Made by a program: the position numbers and the translations under genes. Positions 10,843 to 18,666 of a DNA stretch of 32,000 bases are shown here, in pieces. The DNA is from Candidatus Saccharimonadota bacterium (GTDB lineage Bacteria; Patescibacteriota; Patescibacteriia; 2-12-FULL-60-25), in the NCBI GenBank assembly GCA_023898425.1, contig CP060222.1, positions 300,001 to 332,000 on the forward strand, given 5' to 3'. Numbering within the stretch: the first letter of the stretch is position 1; each line of letters opens with the position of its first letter. The notes beneath the pieces are model-generated. The model was not told the DNA's origin. It made no database searches and saw only the letters and a list, made by a program, of their open reading frames with translations.

Positions 10843-11768
10843 GGATCGCTTTTGTTGGAAAAGGTGGTAGCGGCAAAACAACTCTAGCATCACTCTATAT
10901 TCGTTTTCTTTTTGCTAAGCAAGCTAAGCTCTTGGCTATTGACGCCGATATCAATCAACATCTCACCGAAGCATTAGGGTTGCAGGATACGTCTACACCA
11001 AAGCTTGCTTCTTTGATGGGGCAGCTCAAGACCTATACGCGAGGTACAAATGCCATGATTGGAGCTCCTCAAGAAATGATTAAAACAACGCCACCAGGAG
11101 AGGGCTCTCAGCTTTTTCGTTTAGGGGATGCTTCTTTGGCACCTTTTGCATTATCTCATCAAAATCTTTGGCTTACGGGGGCGGGAGAATTTCATGAAGA
11201 AGATATTGGTATTCGTTGTTTTCACGCAAAGACAGGGGCAGTTGAATTAGTGCTAAGTCATCTTCTTGATAGCCGAGACGATCGTGTTGTTGTTGATATG
11301 ACGGCTGGCGCAGACTCTTTTGCCTCAGGCTTGTTTGCAGCTTTTGATCTCACGGTGATTGTCGTTGAGCCTACAAAAAAATCACTCGATGTCTTTCATC
11401 AATATCGTGCCTATGCCGAACCGTATGGCGTACGATATGTGGCGATTGGCAATAAGATTCGATCAGCAGAAGATGAGACCTATCTGAAAGAGATGTTGGG
11501 AGAAGCATATTTAGGCTCATTGCCTTGGAGTGATGCAGTTGTTGCTGGCGAGCGTAAGGGGATTACTCCTCTCGAGTCCATTCCAGCAGAGGTCTTGCCC
11601 ATTCTTCAAAAAATCGATGATACGATTGCGGAATGCCGTGTTGATTGGCAACGTCGCTTTGATACGCTTTGCCAATTTCACAAACGTAACGCTGCTTCTT
11701 GGGGCAATGCAAGTATTGGAAAAGATCTTACACAACAAATAGACCGTTCGTTTCGCTACCCTATTTAA
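10839..11768 (+). CDS. CooC/MinD-type P-loop NTPase (COG3640-like metallocentre maturation ATPase family)
   Basis: Deviant Walker A (VGKGGSGKTT), LLAIDADINQHL, and VVVDMTAGADSF...VVEPTKKSL. The start overlaps the Fur-family stop (ATGA). Confidence 0.8.
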   Translation: MRIAFVGKGGSGKTTLASLYIRFLFAKQAKLLAIDADINQHLTEALGLQDTSTPKLASLMGQLKTYTRGTNAMIGAPQEMIKTTPPGEGSQLFRLGDASLAPFALSHQNLWLTGAGEFHEEDIGIRCFHAKTGAVELVLSHLLDSRDDRVVVDMTAGADSFASGLFAAFDLTVIVVEPTKKSLDVFHQYRAYAEPYGVRYVAIGNKIRSAEDETYLKEMLGEAYLGSLPWSDAVVAGERKGITPLESIPAEVLPILQKIDDTIAECRVDWQRRFDTLCQFHKRNAASWGNASIGKDLTQQIDRSFRYPI

Positions 11769-11840
11769 CGGGTGGACGCTGGTTGCTTGAAGGCGATCGT
11801 CGTCCATCCGCTAGGTGCGGATGGAAGAAGGTGAGTATTT

Positions 11841-12641
11841 ATGTCTCTCAATGTTCCTTTGCCCGTTCTAGAAAACCTGCAACAGCGTCTTGGTATTCTT
11901 GATGCGCAGGGCTATATCAGTCATCCGCCGACCTTGAGCGAGATCGAGACGTTCCAAGATGACAACGTTTCTCTGGATATCGTTCAGAGATCTTTGCCGG
12001 GGGCGATGAAGTTTTATGATCGCCATGCCTCGTCTGTCAAAGAAGGTGAGATCGGCTATCAGCGACTCTGCGACCATCACTTCAGTCCGGTTGAAATGGG
12101 GCATCTCAATCGCGCCGCCTATGGTACCGCGATGAACGATGTGCTCGCTCGACATCACGGCGGTGTGCGTCTCTACCGCACCGCCTCTCATCGCTGGGTC
12201 TTGGTTGATGAAGCCCGCTTCACGAAGTCGGAGCTCCGAGAGCTGCTCTTCGGTCTCTCTGAGCAGAAGCCGCATAACGATGATCATCGTTACAGCGCTG
12301 CTTATCAGGATGAGCCTGAGACGATCGAGCGTATTCGTGCCGAGTATCCACGAGCATACGCGTATCTCGAGCGACTTACTCGTGACTTGGATTCGACTAG
12401 GATCTATGCCGACATCGAGTCCAAGGCGTCTGATCCCGCGCTCTTCAAGGAGCTGGTGGATGCTCTCGGTATCTGGCCCGTGCGAACGCTTTTGCACGCG
12501 CACTTTGACATCGAGATGGTTCGGCTCAACTGTTGCGGATCAGTCGGCAAGAAGGGCGGGGGGAGTAAGCTCTCGCTTGCACCTTACGCAACGGCGGCTC
12601 TGCAGCTCTTTATGCAGGAGCCCAATAGCCTCGACTGCTAG
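11841..12641 (+). CDS. Hypothetical protein, His/Cys-rich, encoded in a GC-rich island
   Basis: 266-aa ORF with an ATG start and GAAGGTGAG upstream. It has GC-rich third positions in this frame. I recognise no domain. Confidence 0.6.
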   Translation: MSLNVPLPVLENLQQRLGILDAQGYISHPPTLSEIETFQDDNVSLDIVQRSLPGAMKFYDRHASSVKEGEIGYQRLCDHHFSPVEMGHLNRAAYGTAMNDVLARHHGGVRLYRTASHRWVLVDEARFTKSELRELLFGLSEQKPHNDDHRYSAAYQDEPETIERIRAEYPRAYAYLERLTRDLDSTRIYADIESKASDPALFKELVDALGIWPVRTLLHAHFDIEMVRLNCCGSVGKKGGGSKLSLAPYATAALQLFMQEPNSLDC

Positions 12642-12662
12642 TCGAAGCTTCTCTGATAAAAA

Positions 12663-12694
12663 ACCACGGATACGTCGCTCTGACGATCCGTGGT
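12663..12694. terminator. Bidirectional terminator between convergent genes
   Basis: ACCACGGAT(A)CGTC-GCTCT-GACGATCCGTGGT hairpin with an A-run upstream and a T-run downstream. Confidence 0.6.
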
Positions 12695-12714
12695 CTTTTA
12701 TTTAAAACAAAGCA

Positions 12715-13137
12715 TTAACCCATCGCGACAAAAATCAGTGCAGCGATAATGAGGAGAACAAGATTATAGCTTTGATTTACCGCAAAGAGCTTCCAGCTTT
12801 TGCGCTCAAAGACGACAGGGGACATGCCTGGAGCAGCAAAGAAGCCGAGCCAAGTCCAAAAAGCACCTTGAAGAGCCATTGAGTAGGTAACGGTTTGATA
12901 AGTGGCAAGCATGTGAAAGTACACATACATCGTTATCATAACGCCGATGAAATAAATCGACATGCTCTTCATCATGGCTGAAGCCATCTTTTTTTGTTCT
13001 TCGGCGGTAGGTTCTTTAAACCCTAGTTCTTTGAGCCAAATTTTTCCTGTTGGTGATTTAAGCGAGTACCAAAGTGAACCGACGGCCATGGCCGCGACAG
13101 CCGCTAAAAAGACGGCAAGGTAGTTGATTTGTGGCAT
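12715..13137 (-). CDS. DUF1761-like small membrane protein
   Basis: 140 aa with 4 predicted TM segments. The N-terminus (INYLAVFLAAVAAMAVGSLWYS) is typical of the DUF1761 family. Confidence 0.55.
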   Translation of the reverse strand: MPQINYLAVFLAAVAAMAVGSLWYSLKSPTGKIWLKELGFKEPTAEEQKKMASAMMKSMSIYFIGVMITMYVYFHMLATYQTVTYSMALQGAFWTWLGFFAAPGMSPVVFERKSWKLFAVNQSYNLVLLIIAALIFVAMG

Positions 13138-13161
13138 ACGATAATAGTTTACACCAAAACT

Positions 13162-13189
13162 ACAAAATCCGCCTTTCGGCGGATTTTGT
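13162..13189. terminator. Palindromic terminator downstream of tRNA-Ser
   Basis: ACAAAATCCGCC-TTTC-GGCGGATTTTGT, a 12-bp stem with a U-tract in both orientations. Confidence 0.6.
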
Positions 13190-13191
13190 AC

Positions 13192-13281
13192 TGGCGGAGA
13201 AGGGGAGATTCGAACTCCCGATACCGATGAAGGTATGCTTGCTTTCCAAGCAAGTGCACTAGGCCACTATGCGACCTCTCC
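13192..13281 (-). tRNA. tRNA-Ser (anticodon GGA), CCA encoded
   Basis: The reverse complement folds as a cloverleaf. The acceptor is GGAGAGG/CTTCTCC, the anticodon arm is CTTGC-TTGGAAA-GCAAG, there is a long variable arm (ATACC..GGTAT), the T-arm is GGGAG-TTCGAAT-CTCCC, and the 3' end is GCCA. Confidence 0.9.
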
Positions 13282-13466
13282 ACTGTCTTTGGGCCTTTTA
13301 CCAGGTCTTTTGAGACCGATCTCATGAAGCGTGACGCCTCATAAAGATGGCCGGATCATATCGAAAAACACGAGTAAAGGCAAGTAAAGCGTATTTTCAA
13401 CGTATTTTGTTGTATTATGGTACCATCTAAATGGGTTTATTCTAAAAGCCATAACCTTCATTTTCT

Positions 13467-13715
13467 ATGGGTATCATTTTGTGGATTATTCTTGGTGGTA
13501 TCGCTGGCTGGATTGGCTCGATGATTATGAATACGAATGGTCAACAAGGAATTGTATTGAACGTCGTAGTTGGTATCATCGGTGCAATTATCGGTGGTTA
13601 TGTGATGCAATTTTTAGGTCAAAGTGGCGTAACAGGGTTCAATCTCTACAGCACTATCGTTGCTGTTATCGGTGCCGTTATCTTGCTTGCGATCGTGAAG
13701 GCGGTGCGTAAATAA
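13467..13715 (+). CDS. GlsB/YeaQ/YmgE-family (transglycosylase-associated) small membrane protein
   Basis: 82 aa. WIILGGIAGWIGSMI and Gly-rich TM helices are typical of the family. Confidence 0.85.
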   Translation: MGIILWIILGGIAGWIGSMIMNTNGQQGIVLNVVVGIIGAIIGGYVMQFLGQSGVTGFNLYSTIVAVIGAVILLAIVKAVRK

Positions 13716-13733
13716 AAGGTTTCTTCATCCTAC

Positions 13734-13759
13734 AAAACCCCGCATAGAGCGGGGTTTTA
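13734..13759 (+). terminator. Rho-independent terminator (26-nt sequence identical to 17260-17285)
   Basis: AAAACCCCGC-ATAGA-GCGGGGTTTTA. Confidence 0.7.
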
Positions 13760-13781
13760 TGATTGACGGAGGGATAACGGT

Positions 13782-16700
13782 ATGGTAGGATGCTTATGTA
13801 TGGTAGGCTCGTTTTCTTTTTCTAGACGTATCGCGTGGCTTCTTCTTGTTGCGCTCGCTCTTCAGCAATTTATTTTTTCTGCGCCAGTAGTAAAGGCTGC
13901 ACCACTCTATACGCCTGGGGGTGTTTCAGATGGTCTGCAATTGTGGTTTAAGGCTAATGAAGGAGTTACAGGTACGACGAATGTTTCAAATTGGGCAGAT
14001 TTTAGTGATAATAATTATGATTGTACAAGAAGCTCTCCAGGTTCTAATGGGCCTGAGTTAATGATTGATGAAATCAATTTTAACCCGGCGCTTACATTTA
14101 ACGGCTCTAATGAATATTGTGCGATCAAAGATCTAAATTATCAGGGGATAAATGCCATTGATAATCTGGCGGCCTACGTCGTTTTTAAAACAGATTTTAG
14201 TGGTAATAGCTATAACAGAAATTGGGCGTTTCTTGACTTTGATCGGAGTGATTACTTTGATTTTTATCTGCGTGGTGATAATGGTCGTTTAGGCGCTTCT
14301 TATAGAGGGGCGGCAACTCGAGATAATAGCGGAGCTACACCAAATCTTAACAATGATCGACCACAATTAGGTGTATTTATCTACGATGGTGCGCTTACGA
14401 ATGACACGATTTTGCGTATTAATGGCGCGCAAGATCTCGCCTCTAATCGAGAATCTAATGGAAGTGCCCTAGGCACGAATACTAAGCGCTATGGATTTAT
14501 TGGCGATGGCTCTGAGGCCAATGCTTTTGATGCTGGCAGAAACAATATTTATTACGATGGGGAGATTGCGGAAGTGATTTATTATGCGAATGACACACAA
14601 ACGCAAAATGAGGTAGATCGTATTGAGTCCTATCTTGCGCTGAAATACGGTATTCATAAAGTAGGAGATTATCTTGATTCTGGAAGTCTTACGATTTGGA
14701 ATAGTTCTACCATGGCTGGCTATCTTAATGATGTTGCCGGTATTGGGCGTGACGATGTTTCAGCATTAAATCAACTTATATCCAAATCACAGAGTGGAGA
14801 CGGGCTCATTACTGTGAGTAATGCTTCAAGTCAAGACGATGGAGATTTCTTGCTTTGGGGTAATGATGATGGCGCAATAACTCAGTCAACGGCAGCCATG
14901 CCTGCGGCACTTGCTTCGCGTACAACACGTGTATGGCGCATACAAAAAACAAATGACATAGGCACGGTTGATGTCATGTTTGATGTTGCTGCACTGGGCT
15001 TAACAGGGGGTGTTCCTGGAGGGTATGTCTTACTAAAAGATACGGATACAGATTTTAGCGACGCGCCTATTATCTCCGGAGATACACTTAACTCCGGAAA
15101 AGTCACATTCCAAAACGTTTCTTTTAACGATGGGGATTATTTTACGCTCGGTGTTTTGCCTGTTACGATTGGCGACAAGATCTGGAGCGATGTCAATGGA
15201 AATGGCGTTGATGATGGGGGTGCCGAAATAGGTATTAATGGCGTCACTATCTCTCTTTATAGCGATGATGGTGTGAACCCTGGTGTATTTGAACTAGATG
15301 ATACATTTATTGGATCGACCATTACATCAGGAAGCGGGCAGTATGATTTTATCGGTCTTCCTGCCGGAGACTATTGGGTAGATATCACAGACGCAAGTAA
15401 CCTTCTCTCGAGCGCATCAAAAACTGGAGGAAATGCTGAACCAGAATTGATTCATACCATTATTGGTCAAGATTATAATGATGCGGATTACGGATACCAG
15501 TTTCCTCCACCAATTGTGACGTCTGGTAATATTGCTATTACCGCTGGCTCTGGTACGGGTGGGGCATATATCGTCGGAGATAGTATTACGGTTACTTGGG
15601 ATGCTTCAGCAGCAGGGGATATACAAGCAGTGAGTCTTACTTCGGTATATGCGGATCTCTCTGTATTTGGGGGTAGCAATCTTACGCCTATGACGGATAC
15701 GTCGGCGTGCGGCGGAACCGCGGGGGACGATATCTATGAAGCGTGTCTCAACCTCGGTGAAGAAGCGATTGATGTTGTAGATGCGCATGTATCTGTTACC
15801 GCAAGTAATATCGGTGTTACTACGGGGCCTGTTTTAAACACAGATGGATTAACCATCGATCTTATCCTTCCTGAATTCAGCGCCTCAAACCTATCAATTG
15901 CTGTAGATAATGGTGTTTTGGGTGTTGCTGCGCTCAATGGCAATGGTATTGCTCCAGATGAGATTCGTTTAAATGCCGCGCTTGTCAGTGATGATGGTGA
16001 TAGTATTACATGGGACGCCTCAGGTGTTTTTGGATCTGCAACTCAAGCAAACAATACATCTGTTACTCTTACGCCCGGGTCTGTGGATGACGGCTCTTAT
16101 GCCTTTGCTGTAACAGCTACGGATAATGCAGGAAACCAGATAACGACTGATACCGCCACGATTGATTCAAGCACTATTAGCATTGATACGGTTGCACCGA
16201 TATTTTCTGCGACAGGGTCTTTGGCCTTTGCTGTTGATCAGACAAATAATGGTTTAGTGAATGTGGGAGACACGCTAAACTATACGGCGGGCACGGCTAC
16301 GATTCCGGACACAGATACTACATCGCTCGACCTCTCGCTTCTCACGGGGAGTTCAACAGCAACCGTCACAGGAAACCCACATACGGTAATCGCCGGATCT
16401 TTTGCCGGGTCTGTCTCATTTGTTGAGACACTTATGGATAATGCTGGTAATACTGTTTCAGCATTAATACCTGCGCTCAATGTTTATACCGTTGTAGATT
16501 CAACAACGGGCGTTATAGGCGGCGGTGGATTAAGCGAAAACAATCCATTGCCTACTGTGGGTTTAATAACTCCTCCACCAACGGATATCCCTGGGGTGGT
16601 GCCGGAGCTCGTTCCTCCGCCAAAGCCGACAGAAACTCCGGTTTGTCGCGCGAACCCTTTTGCAAGGCTGTTGGCATTAGGGGATACCGGCTCTGATGTA

Positions 16701-17258
16701 AAAAGACTCCAGCAATTCTTAAATCAACAGGGCTTTAAACTCGCCGACATTGGCCCAGGTGCTCCAGGATTTGAAACAGAGCGGTTTGGCACTCTCACGC
16801 ATAATGCGCTCATCAAATATCAAGATGCGCACAAAGAAGAAATTCTTACACCAATCAATCTCACACAAGGCACAGGCTTCTTTGGTCCTTCGACCAAGGC
16901 ATTTGTTGATGCGCAATTCGCCTGTTCTTTACAGAAACCTGTAACTCCTCCAGAAGCTGCTACTAAAACACCTATTAGGTTTAACAACGATCTTCGACTA
17001 GGTGATACCGGCTCTGATGTAAAAAGACTCCAGCAATTCTTAAATCAACAGGGCTTTACACTCGCCGACATTGGTCCAGGTGCTCCAGGATTTGAAACAG
17101 AACGATTTGGCGCTTTAACATATAATGCGCTCATCAAGTATCAAAATGCACACAAAGAAGAAATTCTTACACCAATCAATCTCACACAAGGCACAGGCTT
17201 CTTTGGTCCTTCAACCAGAGTCTACGTGAATAACATTGTTGCTTTTGAGGTTAAATAG
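13782..17258 (+). CDS. Large secreted surface protein: LamG-like lectin domain, SdrD-B-like domain, Ig-like repeats, Pro-rich linker and 2x peptidoglycan-binding (PG_binding_1-like) domains
   Basis: It has a signal peptide. The LamG-like pattern is LTFNGSNEY...YDGEIAEVIYY...YLALKYGI. The SdrD-B-like pattern is DKIWSDVNGNGVDD...GQYDFIGLPAGDYWV. TATDNAGN-type repeats are present, and two LGDTGSDVKRLQQFLNQQGF modules follow. GGAGGG lies 8 nt upstream of ATG 13782. Confidence 0.85.
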   Translation: MVGCLCMVGSFSFSRRIAWLLLVALALQQFIFSAPVVKAAPLYTPGGVSDGLQLWFKANEGVTGTTNVSNWADFSDNNYDCTRSSPGSNGPELMIDEINFNPALTFNGSNEYCAIKDLNYQGINAIDNLAAYVVFKTDFSGNSYNRNWAFLDFDRSDYFDFYLRGDNGRLGASYRGAATRDNSGATPNLNNDRPQLGVFIYDGALTNDTILRINGAQDLASNRESNGSALGTNTKRYGFIGDGSEANAFDAGRNNIYYDGEIAEVIYYANDTQTQNEVDRIESYLALKYGIHKVGDYLDSGSLTIWNSSTMAGYLNDVAGIGRDDVSALNQLISKSQSGDGLITVSNASSQDDGDFLLWGNDDGAITQSTAAMPAALASRTTRVWRIQKTNDIGTVDVMFDVAALGLTGGVPGGYVLLKDTDTDFSDAPIISGDTLNSGKVTFQNVSFNDGDYFTLGVLPVTIGDKIWSDVNGNGVDDGGAEIGINGVTISLYSDDGVNPGVFELDDTFIGSTITSGSGQYDFIGLPAGDYWVDITDASNLLSSASKTGGNAEPELIHTIIGQDYNDADYGYQFPPPIVTSGNIAITAGSGTGGAYIVGDSITVTWDASAAGDIQAVSLTSVYADLSVFGGSNLTPMTDTSACGGTAGDDIYEACLNLGEEAIDVVDAHVSVTASNIGVTTGPVLNTDGLTIDLILPEFSASNLSIAVDNGVLGVAALNGNGIAPDEIRLNAALVSDDGDSITWDASGVFGSATQANNTSVTLTPGSVDDGSYAFAVTATDNAGNQITTDTATIDSSTISIDTVAPIFSATGSLAFAVDQTNNGLVNVGDTLNYTAGTATIPDTDTTSLDLSLLTGSSTATVTGNPHTVIAGSFAGSVSFVETLMDNAGNTVSALIPALNVYTVVDSTTGVIGGGGLSENNPLPTVGLITPPPTDIPGVVPELVPPPKPTETPVCRANPFARLLALGDTGSDVKRLQQFLNQQGFKLADIGPGAPGFETERFGTLTHNALIKYQDAHKEEILTPINLTQGTGFFGPSTKAFVDAQFACSLQKPVTPPEAATKTPIRFNNDLRLGDTGSDVKRLQQFLNQQGFTLADIGPGAPGFETERFGALTYNALIKYQNAHKEEILTPINLTQGTGFFGPSTRVYVNNIVAFEVK
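16678..17216 (+). repeat. Tandem duplication (two ~218-bp units, 321-bp period) encoding the two PG-binding modules
   Basis: Units 16678-16895 and 16999-17216 are about 90% or more identical at the nucleotide level by eye. Confidence 0.85.
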
Positions 17259-17259
17259 T

Positions 17260-17285
17260 AAAACCCCGCATAGAGCGGGGTTTTA
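17260..17285 (+). terminator. Rho-independent terminator (identical to 13734-13759)
   Basis: AAAACCCCGC-ATAGA-GCGGGGTTTTA, immediately after the stop at 17258. Confidence 0.7.
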
Positions 17286-17316
17286 CTATTCTGCTGGAGA
17301 GCGCTAGGATTGATCT

Positions 17317-17973
17317 ATGGAGAAAACGTTACCGAATATCGCTCTAATCCCCGGTTTTGCCACTGAGGCGACGTTTTCGGTATTTCGTTCAGCGATGCCT
17401 GCAGATGCTGGTTTTACTGCTTTTAAGAACGGAGTGGATCGCGGTGAAGTGAAGGTATTTCGTTGGGGGATAGAGCGGTATTTTTCGCTATCTCAAATAA
17501 TGATGGGATTGCCCTTACTTGCGCTGTATCGAGAAGAAGAGCAACGCATTCTTGAGCTAGAACGATTACAGCAGCTTTATTCTTTCTTAGAAGATAATGT
17601 TATTGAAACCATTGTTTGTCATTCATTAGGATGTCGTTATGTATTGGAGATGATGAATACGCTCGGCATTCCAGAAACCGTCAAAAATATCTATTTTGTG
17701 CAGGCTGATATTGAGCATGAAAAACGTGTTAAGCATGACCTTGTTATTGATCGATTAACATTAGGAACACTGTCTCTCACGAATATTTATTGTCCTTGGG
17801 ATCAAAGTTTGATGGCTTCGTCATTATTGCAACGCAAGTCACGTTACGGGATGCGAAAAATCTTGCATTCGCCTATAAAGAATGTTCTTATCCCGCTCAA
17901 AACATTGCCAAATTTACATACGTGTTCAATGAAGTCAGAGACATTACGAACGATCGTATATCAAGAATCATAG
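17317..17973 (+). CDS. Hypothetical protein, possible alpha/beta-hydrolase fold
   Basis: 218 aa. The only hint is an HSLG nucleophile-elbow-like motif (IVCHSLGCRY). Confidence 0.4.
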   Translation: MEKTLPNIALIPGFATEATFSVFRSAMPADAGFTAFKNGVDRGEVKVFRWGIERYFSLSQIMMGLPLLALYREEEQRILELERLQQLYSFLEDNVIETIVCHSLGCRYVLEMMNTLGIPETVKNIYFVQADIEHEKRVKHDLVIDRLTLGTLSLTNIYCPWDQSLMASSLLQRKSRYGMRKILHSPIKNVLIPLKTLPNLHTCSMKSETLRTIVYQES

Positions 17974-17977
17974 GTCT

Positions 17978-18319
17978 ATGTCTCAACTAAGTCCCTTCGT
18001 AGATTTCGTTATCAACGATCTACTTGCTGGTTTACCAGCTTTAACGCATCGCCGAATGTTTGGCGCCTACGGTTTGTATTCTGCTGGAAGATTCTTTGCG
18101 ATAATTGATGACGGAACGCTTTACTTAAAGGCAGATGAAGCATTAAAAGAAGAATTCAAAGAAGCTGGGAGTATAGTTTTTTCCTACCCAATGAAAGATG
18201 GCGAAGTAGCCACGTTAAACTATTGGTCATTGCCAGAAGAAGCGCTCGAAGATCATGAACTAGCAAAGGTGTGGGCGTTAAAATCTATCGCTATCGCGAA
18301 TCCACCAAAGAAGCGTTAA
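17978..18319 (+). CDS. TfoX N-terminal domain protein
   Basis: HRRMFGAYGLYSAGRFFAIIDDGTLYLKAD matches the TfoX/Sxy N-domain pattern. Confidence 0.8.
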   Translation: MSQLSPFVDFVINDLLAGLPALTHRRMFGAYGLYSAGRFFAIIDDGTLYLKADEALKEEFKEAGSIVFSYPMKDGEVATLNYWSLPEEALEDHELAKVWALKSIAIANPPKKR

Positions 18320-18328
18320 GATGTTTCT

Positions 18329-18637
18329 ATGAAGTCTATAAGAACCCCCACAAGCGTGGGGGCAGGGGGGTTCAGAAGGGGCGAGGGTAGTTCACTTTGG
18401 TTTGTTTATTTATTGCGTTGTCGTGATGGTTCTTTGTATTGCGGAATGACGAATAATCTCGACACACGTATGAAGAAACATAATGATGGGACAGGAGCAA
18501 AATATACGCGTGGACGTGGTCCTGTCGAGCTTGTTTACGCAGAAGAGCATAAAACGGCTACCGCAGCACGCAAACGTGAAGCAGAGATAAAAAAGATGAC
18601 AAAGGCAGATAAAGAGCGGTTAATTTGCTATAGTTAA
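18329..18637 (+). CDS. GIY-YIG nuclease-family protein (YhbQ/UPF0213-like)
   Basis: WFVYLLRCRDGSLYCGMTNNLDTRMKKHNDGTGAKYTRGRGPVELVY...REAEIKK. The 23-aa N-terminal extension is encoded by the G-rich repeat. Confidence 0.85.
   Translation: MKSIRTPTSVGAGGFRRGEGSSLWFVYLLRCRDGSLYCGMTNNLDTRMKKHNDGTGAKYTRGRGPVELVYAEEHKTATAARKREAEIKKMTKADKERLICYS
18345..18387 (+). repeat. C-run hairpin + G-tract element, copy B (5' end of GIY-YIG gene)
   Basis: CCCCCA-CAAGCG-TGGGGG followed by CAGGGGGG-TTCAGAA-GGGG-CGA-GGG. Confidence 0.8.
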
Positions 18638-18666
18638 GAAATTCTTATTCTCTTGCCTCACTACTC

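Noticed and set aside
11868-12503. 211-aa minus-strand ORF, and the 188-aa plus-strand ORF at 12139-12705, both overlapping the 11841-12641 gene
   Set aside because: Long stop-free frames are expected in GC-rich DNA. Only the 11841-12641 frame has an ATG with an SD, GC-rich third positions and a downstream terminator.
13481-13711. 76-aa Trp/Arg/Cys-rich ORF overlapping the GlsB/YeaQ-family gene in another frame
   Set aside because: The 13467-13715 frame gives a textbook family match. The alternative frame has implausible composition.
13763-13800. TTGACG-N17-TAGGAT as a promoter that would give a leaderless transcript starting at the second ATG (13800) of the surface-protein gene
   Set aside because: A good SD (GGAGGG) sits 8 nt upstream of ATG 13782 and overlaps the putative -35. 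The SD-led start is the simpler reading, and the sequence alone cannot decide.
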